Positions 37,217-46,508 of a stretch of 64,000 nucleotides of DNA are shown here, piece by piece. The translations under genes were made by a program, and so were the position numbers. Source of the DNA: a virus. Numbering within the stretch: position 1 is the first letter of the stretch; each line of letters begins with the position of its first letter. The DNA is taken from the IMG/VR virus record IMGVR_UViG_3300029258_005088; one strand, written 5' to 3'. The notes under the pieces are model-generated. The model saw nothing but the letters and a program-made list of their open reading frames with translations. It was not told the origin of the DNA and did no database searches.

Positions 37217-37812
37217 TCAAGCCCCGCCATGGGCAGCATCTCGGTGAGACGAATGAACTCGAGCATCACCTTGATCATCAGAACCGGGACGTCTTCTCCC
37301 ATGCTTCCGTAACGCTCTTTCCATAACGCGGCAAGCTCTTCCTTGTCCGCTGTCTCCGGCGCGGTGAACTCTTCGTCTCCCCATCGACGGAGATAGAACA
37401 GGACCTTGATCCTGACCGCCTTCGAGGCATGCGTGATGAAATCGTCTTCGTCCACCGTCTTGAGCGCCTCTGACAATATCTCGGACTCGTCTCCCGTAAG
37501 CAACGAGTACTGAGCCGTCAACTCGCCGCCGAACAACGAATACGCCTTCTTGAACGTGCGTTTTCCGGTGAGGCATCTGAAGTACTCCCTGATCTCGGAC
37601 TCCTCCGGTTTGAGAGACTCTCTATCCTTCAGCTTGTGTCCGCATCTCGGGCACTCGACCAGTTCGAGCTTCTCTTCCTTGGCCTTCTCCGGCATTTCCT
37701 CCGGAATATCTTGTACTTCCTGCTCGAATTCCTCTACCTGAGAGATGGCTTTGAGAGCCGCTTCTCTTACTTCCTGCTGTTCCGGTGTCTCGTTCACGGA
37801 CTGGGTTTCCAT
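37183..37812 (-). CDS. Tail assembly chaperone 'G'-like protein with an acidic N-terminus and a CPRCG motif
   Basis: 209 aa; SD GGAGG; position just before the TMP. Confidence 0.65.
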   Translation of the reverse strand: METQSVNETPEQQEVREAALKAISQVEEFEQEVQDIPEEMPEKAKEEKLELVECPRCGHKLKDRESLKPEESEIREYFRCLTGKRTFKKAYSLFGGELTAQYSLLTGDESEILSEALKTVDEDDFITHASKAVRIKVLFYLRRWGDEEFTAPETADKEELAALWKERYGSMGEDVPVLMIKVMLEFIRLTEMLPMAGLDETFYKGVGLS

Positions 37813-37827
37813 GGTTCCTCCAAGCGT

Positions 37828-40392
37828 TTATGACTTCGGTATGTTGGTTTTGTATTGGTTGAGGGCCTTCCTCTCAACCGTCGTACCGTCGGTGACCACG
37901 AGGGGTTTCCCCTCCGTGTGGGCCGTCTTGCCGGGGTACGGGTACGTACTACCTAATATAGCGTGGGCTACTTCTCTTTCTATCCACGTTCTGGATTGGT
38001 CCGGCAACATCTGTTGCCATCTCGGGGCCACGAGCTCGTAGTTCTTCGCTCGATACGCCTCGGTGTCCGAATCCGGGAACGCGAGTTCGGTGATCTTCTG
38101 GCCGCGCTGGGTGGCGGCTCCTTCGGCAACCATCCTGTCCAGCAGGGACTTTCCTACACCTGCCGCCGCACGGGCCAAGTCTCTGTAGCTGGATGACGGG
38201 ATCTGGTCGGTTACCAGGTCCACCCGCACGCGCTCCGCGTCATTGGTCAAGGGCTGTGCGTTGCAGGCGTCGTTCGCCACAACGCCTTTCTCCGTCTGAA
38301 GGGGACCCTTGGACAGGACCCCGGACTTGGACTGGATGAATCCCTCGACTTCGAACGTCGGATCCGCCGCCGGCAGAGTGTCCTTCCTGCTGACGTCCAC
38401 CCGTCTGGCGGTCAGCATCGGACGGAAAACGTTGCCCGTGGACTTGCTCACCACCATTCCCTCTGTCACCGCGGCCACTCTGCTTCTTGCAAGCAGCATC
38501 ATGCTGTCGGACTGAAGGTAAAGGCCCGTTGCCTGCTCCATCATGGTGAGGGCCACGGAGTTCCTGAATGACATGGAGGCGTTGTTTCCGCGCAGCCCCA
38601 GCGTTCCCGATCCGGCGTTCAAAAGTATGTCGCATCCGGAGGCGTTCTCGTCCATGCCTGCCGTACTCTGCTTGCCCTTGGCGTATGCCGATCCGTGCAG
38701 ATAGGAGCCCTGTATGGACGTTCCCGCGTATAAATTCTTGATGATGACTCCCGACCCGAACGGAAGCCCGTTCTTGAGAGCTTCCTCGTCTATCTCCGCA
38801 AGTCCCACGGGCTGAGATCTGTTCTCCAGAACGAGCGCTCCTCCCTCTGTGCCGCCGCTGGTCAGATGCATGTTGGTGGCGGCCTTCTGAACTATGGCTC
38901 CTTCGGTGCTGGATACCTCCACTCTCTTTCCGACTCGGGAAAGACGGTTGCCGGGGACCTGTTCAATCAGGTCTCGCCCAGGAATGACCTGAAGATCCCC
39001 GGCAGCCGCGATGGTGACTGTTCCTCTGTTCATGCGCAGTTCCGCTCCGTAGCCATCTCCCAATATGAGACCTCCGTCGTCGGCCATCAGGAATACGGAA
39101 CTGTTCTTGAACAACCTCACCTTTCTACCGGGATACACCTCGATGTCCTTGCTCACGACGTCTGCAAGTGTGTATTCCCGTTCCTGCTCCTCGAGCGTTC
39201 TCAACGCCGGAGGATTCTCGTCGAATACCTTCTTCTTCACGTCTTCCACGGACGGGAAATACCAGACGTCCCCGTCCCTGCGAAGTCCCTGGAAGAAGGT
39301 CTTCTCTTCTTCCACGGTATCGAAGGCATCGTGCAACAAGGGCCGTAGTGCCGACACCTCGTCGTCGCTCTGCAACTTGAGCTCTTCCTTCTTCAGCTCC
39401 ATATCCACTCTGCTATCCGGTATGAGTGGATCCGAAGGAGGCGCTCCTCTGAGTTCTCGTTTAAGCCATGGAGACACTATGCCGTAGGTCTTCTCGAACT
39501 TGATCTCCTTGGCCGATCGCACGCGCATTATCCCGTCCATGCGCTGCGTCCGGGAAAGCATCCCCGGATAAATATGATCTCCGAATTCGTACGTCGTCCT
39601 GGCGTCGGAGTCCGTACGGAACACGTCCCATAGACCTTCGACCCCTCCCTGGAACAGGGATCGTCTGAACAGGCCGGTCTGCGACTCGGATGCAGGAACT
39701 ACACTGGCGTCTTCTTCCGTGAACGGAGGCTTGCCACCAAGACCTTCGTCCAGCGTGAGCGCGAAGTTGCACACGTCGACCGGGGTAAGTCCTCTGTGTA
39801 TGAGCTCGCGGAACTGGCTGCCGTGATCTTCCGAGAAGTTGTGGCTGATGATCTCCGCCATCTTGTCCAGACCGTTGAAGGAGATGCCGCAATCCTGTGC
39901 GGCTCCTACCTTGGCCATGAACTCGGACAACAAAAAGCACCCGCCGAGTACCGTGGACTTGAACCAATCTCCCGGAAGAACGTCGAGGGGCCGGTTGGCC
40001 CCCCTGTTCTCGTTCATGAAGTTGGTCTCTTCCTGATTCTCGAGGATGCGTCTGTAGGCTTCGTTATTGAGCGCGTTGGCTTTGCTGTCCGGGACTATCT
40101 CCGTTTCCTTGAACTCGGTGCCTTCGTAAACCGGATAAGGGTTGAAGGCTCCTAAGAGTATGTTGGGAAAGGAGAGCCTGGAAGCCGTCTCGTCCGTTCG
40201 AACGATCTGGGCTACCAGGACCTGTGATCCCGGGACGTAACCACCGCCGCCTATGTGACCGCCTCTGCGTCCCGAACCGGTCTCCAGCGAGGTCGCGACA
40301 ATGGTTCCATTGTCGGTACTCACCGTGTACTGATTCTCAAACGGGGCTGCGACGATGATCACACCCGTGTGGAGTGTGACCTGGGCGTTCAT
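37828..40392 (-). CDS. Baseplate central spike (gp5/VgrG-like), no lysozyme domain recognised
   Basis: 854 aa; OB-fold-like N-terminus (Y.PGSQVLV); beta-helix-like repeats (IL.DGYG.EL.M..G.V.I.AAGDL). Confidence 0.7.
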   Translation of the reverse strand: MNAQVTLHTGVIIVAAPFENQYTVSTDNGTIVATSLETGSGRRGGHIGGGGYVPGSQVLVAQIVRTDETASRLSFPNILLGAFNPYPVYEGTEFKETEIVPDSKANALNNEAYRRILENQEETNFMNENRGANRPLDVLPGDWFKSTVLGGCFLLSEFMAKVGAAQDCGISFNGLDKMAEIISHNFSEDHGSQFRELIHRGLTPVDVCNFALTLDEGLGGKPPFTEEDASVVPASESQTGLFRRSLFQGGVEGLWDVFRTDSDARTTYEFGDHIYPGMLSRTQRMDGIMRVRSAKEIKFEKTYGIVSPWLKRELRGAPPSDPLIPDSRVDMELKKEELKLQSDDEVSALRPLLHDAFDTVEEEKTFFQGLRRDGDVWYFPSVEDVKKKVFDENPPALRTLEEQEREYTLADVVSKDIEVYPGRKVRLFKNSSVFLMADDGGLILGDGYGAELRMNRGTVTIAAAGDLQVIPGRDLIEQVPGNRLSRVGKRVEVSSTEGAIVQKAATNMHLTSGGTEGGALVLENRSQPVGLAEIDEEALKNGLPFGSGVIIKNLYAGTSIQGSYLHGSAYAKGKQSTAGMDENASGCDILLNAGSGTLGLRGNNASMSFRNSVALTMMEQATGLYLQSDSMMLLARSRVAAVTEGMVVSKSTGNVFRPMLTARRVDVSRKDTLPAADPTFEVEGFIQSKSGVLSKGPLQTEKGVVANDACNAQPLTNDAERVRVDLVTDQIPSSSYRDLARAAAGVGKSLLDRMVAEGAATQRGQKITELAFPDSDTEAYRAKNYELVAPRWQQMLPDQSRTWIEREVAHAILGSTYPYPGKTAHTEGKPLVVTDGTTVERKALNQYKTNIPKS

Positions 40393-40402
40393 CTTACCTC
40401 GC

Positions 40403-40927
40403 TTAGACTAATCCGCTCTGAGGAATCTCGGAGTTCGGTCCCACCTTCAGACTGATGAACTGCATGTCGATGCCTGCGTTGACCACAGTCAGCGCACCAC
40501 CAGTCTGTCTGACGGAAATGCGCAGCGCATTGATGATGCAGCCCGAGCAGATGAAATAGATCTGCGCGAATCTGTTGGTGCATTCCGAATCACCTTTGCT
40601 ATAACGCATACCCGATGGGGATACCCTCAGGGTGTTGTTCTTGATCTCGCATGCTTTGGAATACCGCTCGAGGAAATCCTTGATGGCGGCATGCGGTCCA
40701 ATGATCAAACCAAGGGACAGCTGACCGTCGGCTTCACCGATAGCCAGGTATTTCTTGTTCTGATTCAAGGGAGAGAACTTCTGGCTCTGGCGCCGGTATG
40801 TGATATCGACGGACGTCACTACCAACTCGTCGCCGTCCTCGATCTCGATAACTGCACCATCCAGGGTCCAAGCCCCTCCGATACGAGCATCGATACCAAA
40901 TACGTCTGGTACATCGCTTGATGGCAT
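40403..40927 (-). CDS. Tail tube protein
   Basis: 174 aa directly after the sheath; beta-rich tube pattern (V.I.Y.RQ......L....Y...G..DG.L). Confidence 0.8.
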   Translation of the reverse strand: MPSSDVPDVFGIDARIGGAWTLDGAVIEIEDGDELVVTSVDITYRRQSQKFSPLNQNKKYLAIGEADGQLSLGLIIGPHAAIKDFLERYSKACEIKNNTLRVSPSGMRYSKGDSECTNRFAQIYFICSGCIINALRISVRQTGGALTVVNAGIDMQFISLKVGPNSEIPQSGLV

Positions 40928-40940
40928 GTTGTTACTCCTT

Positions 40941-43688
40941 TTAGCTTATCGTGAAGATGATAGGCAGGTTGTTCAGGGGATCCGGCATGGACGGGTCAAC
41001 TTCTACGATGACGCGATCACGCTGTACGGGGTCTCGCTCGATACGAATGATCGTGGCATTGATCATCTGAGGACCTATCTTCTTGGAGTAGTTCCTGTTG
41101 ACGATGCTCTCGATGGTGTTCGTAACGCGGGTTCCGATCAGAGACATCATGTCGTCGCTGATGTTTCCTTGGCCGAACAAGTCGGCGGTGGCCGTCAGGA
41201 AGTCCCTGCTGATGTGGTCGATGTTCGAGGTCTTCGAAGCTTCGCGCTTGCTGAACTCGGCGTCATCCGTGACGGACGTCAACTGGTGACGGGTATAGAC
41301 CCTGCCGGTGTAGTCCTTGTTGACCACCCAGTTGCCACCGCCTGCGACGACGTTGAGCTGATCTCTGCTGAACTCCACCTGCGGATCTCCACCGATGCTC
41401 GAGAGATCGAGCTGGGACATCGGGGCATGAGGAGGAATTCCACCACGCTGGCCGGCAAGGGCCGCCGCGACGTACATCAGAGGGAGAGTCTCTCCGGTTC
41501 CGAGGTCGACGGGGTTGTCCTGCCATACCGATACGACGCGCCTGGTGTTGAAGCGTGCGGGATACTCGCTGAGGAGCTGCGCATACTCGTCCTTGGTCAT
41601 GTCGCGCCAGATCTCGACCTTTACCGCCACTGGAGTGGGGCTGCCGAGGTCTTCCACGGTGATGAGCTGGGTCTGGGTGTTGACGCGATCGACGGTGTAC
41701 TCGTCGTAGGTGACGTTACCGTCGGAGTCCGTAACGAAGTTGATACGGAGCTTGTCGCCCGGACGGACGTCGTTGGACTCGAGAAGAGTTCCGGCGCCGA
41801 AGTCGATCTGACGGTAGGTACCCACCGGGAACAGGCTTACGGTGGCTTCGAGATCGTCGCCGCCCTGAGTCTGATACACCGGAGTGACCCGTGATTCGTT
41901 GTTGGTTACCCAAGCGGTACGCCACTGGTTGTTGATCGGATTCGATCTCTCCCGGACGTGCGTCGAGAAGTTCTGCTTGATCTGCTCGTCTTCGGACAAC
42001 GGAACGAAGCCCCATACGAGATCGTTTTCAGTCAGCAGGTCGAGGGCATCGGTGTAATCCGATTCCGCTTCTCCGGCCGTGGCCAGGTAGAACGTTCCGA
42101 CGCCGCCGTCCACGCTTTCGGCCAGCGAGTGATACGCCGCTTTGCCGAGAGGGTTGAGAACGGAGTTCGGTCCGAGTTCCGACTGGCGCTCGGTATCGTT
42201 GGCGACGTAACCGATTCCCTGGGCGGCCTTGGCCGTGTCCAGTTCGCGGTAGTCCGCATACAGCGTGCCTCCGAATACCGACATCAGCTCCGGAGTGCCC
42301 AGGAGATCGGAGGTAACCGCGGCATTGCCGAGAACCTCGATGTAGTCCTGGTCCAGAGTGAGATAGTCTTCGGGGAACTCGACGGTGACCTTGACGAACA
42401 TGTCGAGGTCCATGTCGGTGAGCGCGGTATACGGGATGGAGTCGCGGAGGGTCAGCGTGTGAATCGCGCCTTCCGTCGGAGCTTCCACCGAGAACGTCCA
42501 GCTGCCGCCGGTATTGAACTGAGTTCCCTTGAAGAACGTCAGCTTCATATCCTTGCTGCCGATGGAGTAGTCGTTGGAGGTCGCAACCGTGAAGTCGGCC
42601 GACGGTATCGTGAGATAACCGGCGGTATCCGCTCCGTTGTTGGTACGGTAATAGATCCGTACGTCGCCCGCAGTGGCGCTCGCCGGGTCGAGGGTACCGC
42701 CCTGAACGACCGTGATGATGTACTTGGTGTTGACGCTGCCGGTATAGTTCGGATCGCCTGCGGCGGCCCATTCACCGGTATTGGTGACGTCGACTTCGGT
42801 GTAGTCCTGCTGGAGCTTGACGTCCCACTGGTCGAGAGCGTTGACGATCCCTGCGCCGGCATCGACGAGGTTGAGGATCGCACCGCGGTCGCCCAACGGA
42901 ATCGGATACTTGGCTCCGTCCCAGGCGACGTCCGTGCCCAGCGTGACCGTGGACGGCGTGTCGTTTCCTTGGGAAGTGATCCTGAGAACGGTACCGTCCA
43001 GAAGACCCGTGCCGGAGCTACCGACGGTGAGAACCTGAATGGTGTAGGTGTCCTGCGGATAGCCGTCGATCAGCCCGTTGTAGGCGGTGACGTCATATGC
43101 AGTGGTGTAACGGGTCGGAGGAGTGGTTACCTCGGAGGATCCCGCGACCAGAGAGGTCTGGGCAAAGCCCACTTCGCGGAAGGGATCTTCCACGGGAGCG
43201 GCCGAGCCTGCGACGACGTCCGCCACGAAACCGGTTACCTGAGTGAAATACTCTTCGGTCGTCGGTCCGCTGACCCATGCCAGGCGTACCCAGTCACCGA
43301 TCTGTACGTCGCGATCGCCGAATGCCGAAGCCGTCCTGTCGGCGGCTGCATTGGACTTGAACACGAGGGAGCTGACGATGGTATTTCCATTGTCTTCGGT
43401 CAGCTGTGCATTCGAGCTGCCTTCCAGATACCGCTGAAGGGTATCCTCGAGCATGATCTTGGCTGAAGCGAGGTCCACTTCACCGCCGGGAATGTGGTCG
43501 GGCCACACGAACTGCTCCGAAGAGGAGTCATAGTTGTAGTCGCCTACTGCGGCTTTTTCGTCTTCCTCGGTGTAGCGGTGCAGGGCATAGCAGGGGCCGA
43601 CCATGCATGGGAACAATGGGGCTGCTCCTTCAGCTTGAGCTGCTGCGAACTCCTGGAAGATCTGTCGACTGGGTTCTGTGTACGGCAT
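40941..43688 (-). CDS. Contractile tail sheath protein (915 aa, with inserted domains)
   Basis: C-terminal sheath motifs: Y..ALD.L......WGFVPL, R.V.VW.D, AA.LAG.RGG.PPH.P.S, L..VA.GG.WVV, RHQLT. SD AAGGAG. Confidence 0.9.
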   Translation of the reverse strand: MPYTEPSRQIFQEFAAAQAEGAAPLFPCMVGPCYALHRYTEEDEKAAVGDYNYDSSSEQFVWPDHIPGGEVDLASAKIMLEDTLQRYLEGSSNAQLTEDNGNTIVSSLVFKSNAAADRTASAFGDRDVQIGDWVRLAWVSGPTTEEYFTQVTGFVADVVAGSAAPVEDPFREVGFAQTSLVAGSSEVTTPPTRYTTAYDVTAYNGLIDGYPQDTYTIQVLTVGSSGTGLLDGTVLRITSQGNDTPSTVTLGTDVAWDGAKYPIPLGDRGAILNLVDAGAGIVNALDQWDVKLQQDYTEVDVTNTGEWAAAGDPNYTGSVNTKYIITVVQGGTLDPASATAGDVRIYYRTNNGADTAGYLTIPSADFTVATSNDYSIGSKDMKLTFFKGTQFNTGGSWTFSVEAPTEGAIHTLTLRDSIPYTALTDMDLDMFVKVTVEFPEDYLTLDQDYIEVLGNAAVTSDLLGTPELMSVFGGTLYADYRELDTAKAAQGIGYVANDTERQSELGPNSVLNPLGKAAYHSLAESVDGGVGTFYLATAGEAESDYTDALDLLTENDLVWGFVPLSEDEQIKQNFSTHVRERSNPINNQWRTAWVTNNESRVTPVYQTQGGDDLEATVSLFPVGTYRQIDFGAGTLLESNDVRPGDKLRINFVTDSDGNVTYDEYTVDRVNTQTQLITVEDLGSPTPVAVKVEIWRDMTKDEYAQLLSEYPARFNTRRVVSVWQDNPVDLGTGETLPLMYVAAALAGQRGGIPPHAPMSQLDLSSIGGDPQVEFSRDQLNVVAGGGNWVVNKDYTGRVYTRHQLTSVTDDAEFSKREASKTSNIDHISRDFLTATADLFGQGNISDDMMSLIGTRVTNTIESIVNRNYSKKIGPQMINATIIRIERDPVQRDRVIVEVDPSMPDPLNNLPIIFTIS

Positions 43689-43703
43689 CGATCGTCTCCT
43701 TGT

Positions 43704-44489
43704 TTAATTTTCTTCGTATTCAAAGCCGATACGTTTTAGTATGGGTGCTTCCGGGATCACGCGCCAGCGGTATACGTACGCCCAGTCCAACCTCACTACC
43801 GTGTAGAAGGTCGTCGTGGCCTCGTCCGTCCTTTGCCTGATCTCGTCCACCGACTTCGCCTGGAAATGTCCCAGTTGAAAGTCCCTCTTTATGATCTGCT
43901 GGTAATGCAGAAACCTGAAATAGATCTCCTGGGCAAGAAGATCCGCCTCTCCGCCGCTTTTTCCACGGCAAATTATCGTATGGGCTCCCATGATATTGAC
44001 TTGCATCATGGTGCCTTCGTAAACGCCTTGTTTGTTCCTTCCTACCAAGGACCTGTCCAGCATCGATATCCTGTCGCTCTGGAACGGCTCGCGCTTCACC
44101 AGTAGCGAAGGGGTCTGTTGAACGGCCTCCTGAGACTGGCTCCAGCTCGGCTTTATCAGCATTCGAGATCCTTGTACATACTGAGAGGTGCCTTCCTCTC
44201 CGACTATCGTGCATCTGCTTTGATAGCCCTCTTCGCTGCTCTCCTCCGAACTCGAACCTTCCTCGTCCGATCCTCCGGAAGGAAGACATCCTTTGTCGCT
44301 CGGCGTCCATATGTAGTCCTTCAGCAACGGTTCCTCTATGTTGCGGGGATCCGAGAAATGATACTGCAACAGACGGAGGAACACACCGCTCAAGGAAAAA
44401 GGGCTCGGCCCCACGTACCAGAAGGAGCTGCATGGCTCCAGGGCTTCCTGTGGAATACACCATTCCGGTTCTGGAAACGTGTTCGTCAT
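43704..44489 (-). CDS. Tail completion / terminator-like protein with an SSEE insert
   Basis: 261 aa immediately before the sheath; insert GGSDEEGSSSEESSEEG. Confidence 0.6.
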   Translation of the reverse strand: MTNTFPEPEWCIPQEALEPCSSFWYVGPSPFSLSGVFLRLLQYHFSDPRNIEEPLLKDYIWTPSDKGCLPSGGSDEEGSSSEESSEEGYQSRCTIVGEEGTSQYVQGSRMLIKPSWSQSQEAVQQTPSLLVKREPFQSDRISMLDRSLVGRNKQGVYEGTMMQVNIMGAHTIICRGKSGGEADLLAQEIYFRFLHYQQIIKRDFQLGHFQAKSVDEIRQRTDEATTTFYTVVRLDWAYVYRWRVIPEAPILKRIGFEYEEN

Positions 44490-44493
44490 TCAT

Positions 44494-45558
44494 TTATGCC
44501 TTGTTGGCCGCGTAGATACCGGCCGCACCTCCGATTCCCGCCCCGGCGAGCGTAGACAGTATGTCTCGCTTGAGGCTTTCATTTCCGGTTGCACTACCAT
44601 ACACGTTCGATGCCGTTCCGCCTGCGGCGGCTCCGATAAGACCGCCGGCCGCGCCATAGGACTTGAGCTTTCTGTCCTTCTCCTGCTCCTGCAGGTGGGC
44701 TCTTTCCACGGCCTGCATCTCTCTTTGCTGATCCAATGAATTCCTCATCCAGTCTCTATGCTGCAGGCTGGATTGTATGCCGCTGGCCGCCGTGCCACCG
44801 AGGATGGCGAGAAGAGTGGCGACACCCAATGCGGTAGTCATCGCAATCCCTTCCTTTTCCATTTCCATGGCGGCGGATTTGAGCATCGGTATGGAAGCGC
44901 CTGCGGCACCGCCGACCAAGGCGAATATGACGTCGCGCTGCAGATTCGGCTTGCCCTTGAGCTTGCCGTAGAGAAGGGATCCCAATCCGCTGAGAGCGGC
45001 GCCGCCTGCGGCGTACATGCCCACTTCTCCGGGATCGACAGATCCTCCGGATGCTCCCGCACCGCTGTAATCGATGGTGTTCTCGTCATCGTCTCCCGGC
45101 ATGGCAAGCCAGGAAAGACCGGATCCGAGAGCAATAGTTCCGGCGCCTCCGCCTAGGACGTATCTGTTGAGAACGCGGTCCTTTACGGTCTTCGGTGGCT
45201 TGGTCGCGCCCTTTGCGTTTTGCTTCGTCTGGGTACTAGGCTTCGTGCCCGGAGGAGTGTAGTTGATCGTCTTCGTGCCTTTGGAAGAGGTACTGGCCTT
45301 GGAGGACTTTCTTCCCCCGGTGGATCTTCTGGAGCCCCTGGACGAGCTCGTACTTGCCTTGGACCTGGACCTAGCGCCGGAGGATCTGGCTCCACGACTG
45401 GCCTTGGCTCCACGACTCGCCGTCGCACCACGGCTGGCTTTCGGCGCTCTGGCGGATGCGTTGGTACGTCCTATCTTCGGAGCGCCCTTGGCCGTGAAGT
45501 AGGGACTGGTGTTTCCGGGACCTGCCTCTTTTTCCAAAATCTCTTGCCATTGTTCCAT
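44494..45558 (-). CDS. Basic Arg/Lys/Ser-rich N-half plus glycine-zipper hydrophobic hairpins; candidate internal/ejection protein
   Basis: 354 aa; ASRGA repeats; two related GxxxG hairpins each ending L[QK]RD[VI]...; KxA motifs (EKEAG, LKSAA). Confidence 0.75.
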   Translation of the reverse strand: MEQWQEILEKEAGPGNTSPYFTAKGAPKIGRTNASARAPKASRGATASRGAKASRGARSSGARSRSKASTSSSRGSRRSTGGRKSSKASTSSKGTKTINYTPPGTKPSTQTKQNAKGATKPPKTVKDRVLNRYVLGGGAGTIALGSGLSWLAMPGDDDENTIDYSGAGASGGSVDPGEVGMYAAGGAALSGLGSLLYGKLKGKPNLQRDVIFALVGGAAGASIPMLKSAAMEMEKEGIAMTTALGVATLLAILGGTAASGIQSSLQHRDWMRNSLDQQREMQAVERAHLQEQEKDRKLKSYGAAGGLIGAAAGGTASNVYGSATGNESLKRDILSTLAGAGIGGAAGIYAANKA

Positions 45559-45583
45559 ATCGTAAATTCCTTCTGCTCTACAT

Positions 45584-45612
45584 AATGTACCAAGTCAAAC
45601 CGGTTTTACCAA
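45584..45612 (-). promoter_or_regulatory. Sigma70-like promoter with extended -10 and a palindrome in the spacer
   Basis: Minus strand reads TTGGTA (45612-45607), 17 nt containing AAACCGGTTT and ending TGG, then TACATT (45589-45584); SD AAGGA downstream. Confidence 0.5.
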
Positions 45613-46508
45613 ATCTCTTCCGAAGCAATTCCTCTTCTCCAGCCCTGATCGGACACGAAATTGGCGTCTTCCGGATCCGTAGGATCCAGTGGCTGCTCCA
45701 TCGGAATCGTGTATGCTATGTCGGAAGCGGGCAAAAGCCGCAGCTCCACCGGGAAGTATATCAGAGGGACGCTCCGCATCTCGGCCCCGGTAATCGCGCT
45801 CCTTATAACATAGCGCCTATTTGCCGATCCGTGAACCCATATATCATAAGAACCTAGCCATGGGTAAGCCACTGCCCTGGCATTTCTTATGCGGGTATCC
45901 TCGTATCCGAAGGGTGATTTGACGTCTCCGCCCTTGCGAACGCCGCTGAGATCCATGTAAAAGCCTATTGCATTGTAATACCCTTTCACGAAGCCCGTTC
46001 CGTAGCACACGCTACAGGTGGAAGCGGCTATGGGCTCCTCTAGATCCCAGTCGAAACACTGGTCGCACTTCTCTCCGTGCCTGCGCAACTTCAGGAGATA
46101 TCCGAAAGTTCCGGCATATTTCCGCATACGGAGGTATTCCTTGCGAAGAATCTCACGCGAAAGCCTGTAGTCTCTGGCCGACATCTCTCCATAGGTATGC
46201 GCCGGAGCCGATGCATATTCCTTTCCGGAGGTGTCCACGGCCACGACTCTGTACCAGACGTCGTTCTCCATGCCGCAGCGATACGGTTCCTCGTCCAGAT
46301 ACAGACATACGTTCCTCATCGGCGCGTCGGGATTCAGCCTGGTCCACTCTCCCTTCGTACGGGCCCAGTCGATATAGAAACCGTCCAGTGGAGCATCGAA
46401 CTCGAAGCGGGGATCCATCCACCATTGGATGATCTTGCCGTTCTCCGGGGTGATGTACACCTCTACCCTCTGGAAGGTGAATATCCTGGCTGGTTTGATA
46501 TCGTGCAT
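45606..46508 (-). CDS. Neck / head-closure protein with a Zn-finger-like insert
   Basis: C.QC...C.VC.GTGF.KGY motif; position between the adaptor and the tail terminator. Confidence 0.65.
   Translation of the reverse strand: MHDIKPARIFTFQRVEVYITPENGKIIQWWMDPRFEFDAPLDGFYIDWARTKGEWTRLNPDAPMRNVCLYLDEEPYRCGMENDVWYRVVAVDTSGKEYASAPAHTYGEMSARDYRLSREILRKEYLRMRKYAGTFGYLLKLRRHGEKCDQCFDWDLEEPIAASTCSVCYGTGFVKGYYNAIGFYMDLSGVRKGGDVKSPFGYEDTRIRNARAVAYPWLGSYDIWVHGSANRRYVIRSAITGAEMRSVPLIYFPVELRLLPASDIAYTIPMEQPLDPTDPEDANFVSDQGWRRGIASEEIW

Noticed and set aside
26001-44489. Capsid-less contractile injection system (eCIS/tailocin)
   Set aside because: Capsid, scaffold, protease-like and neck genes are present in the same transcriptional direction.
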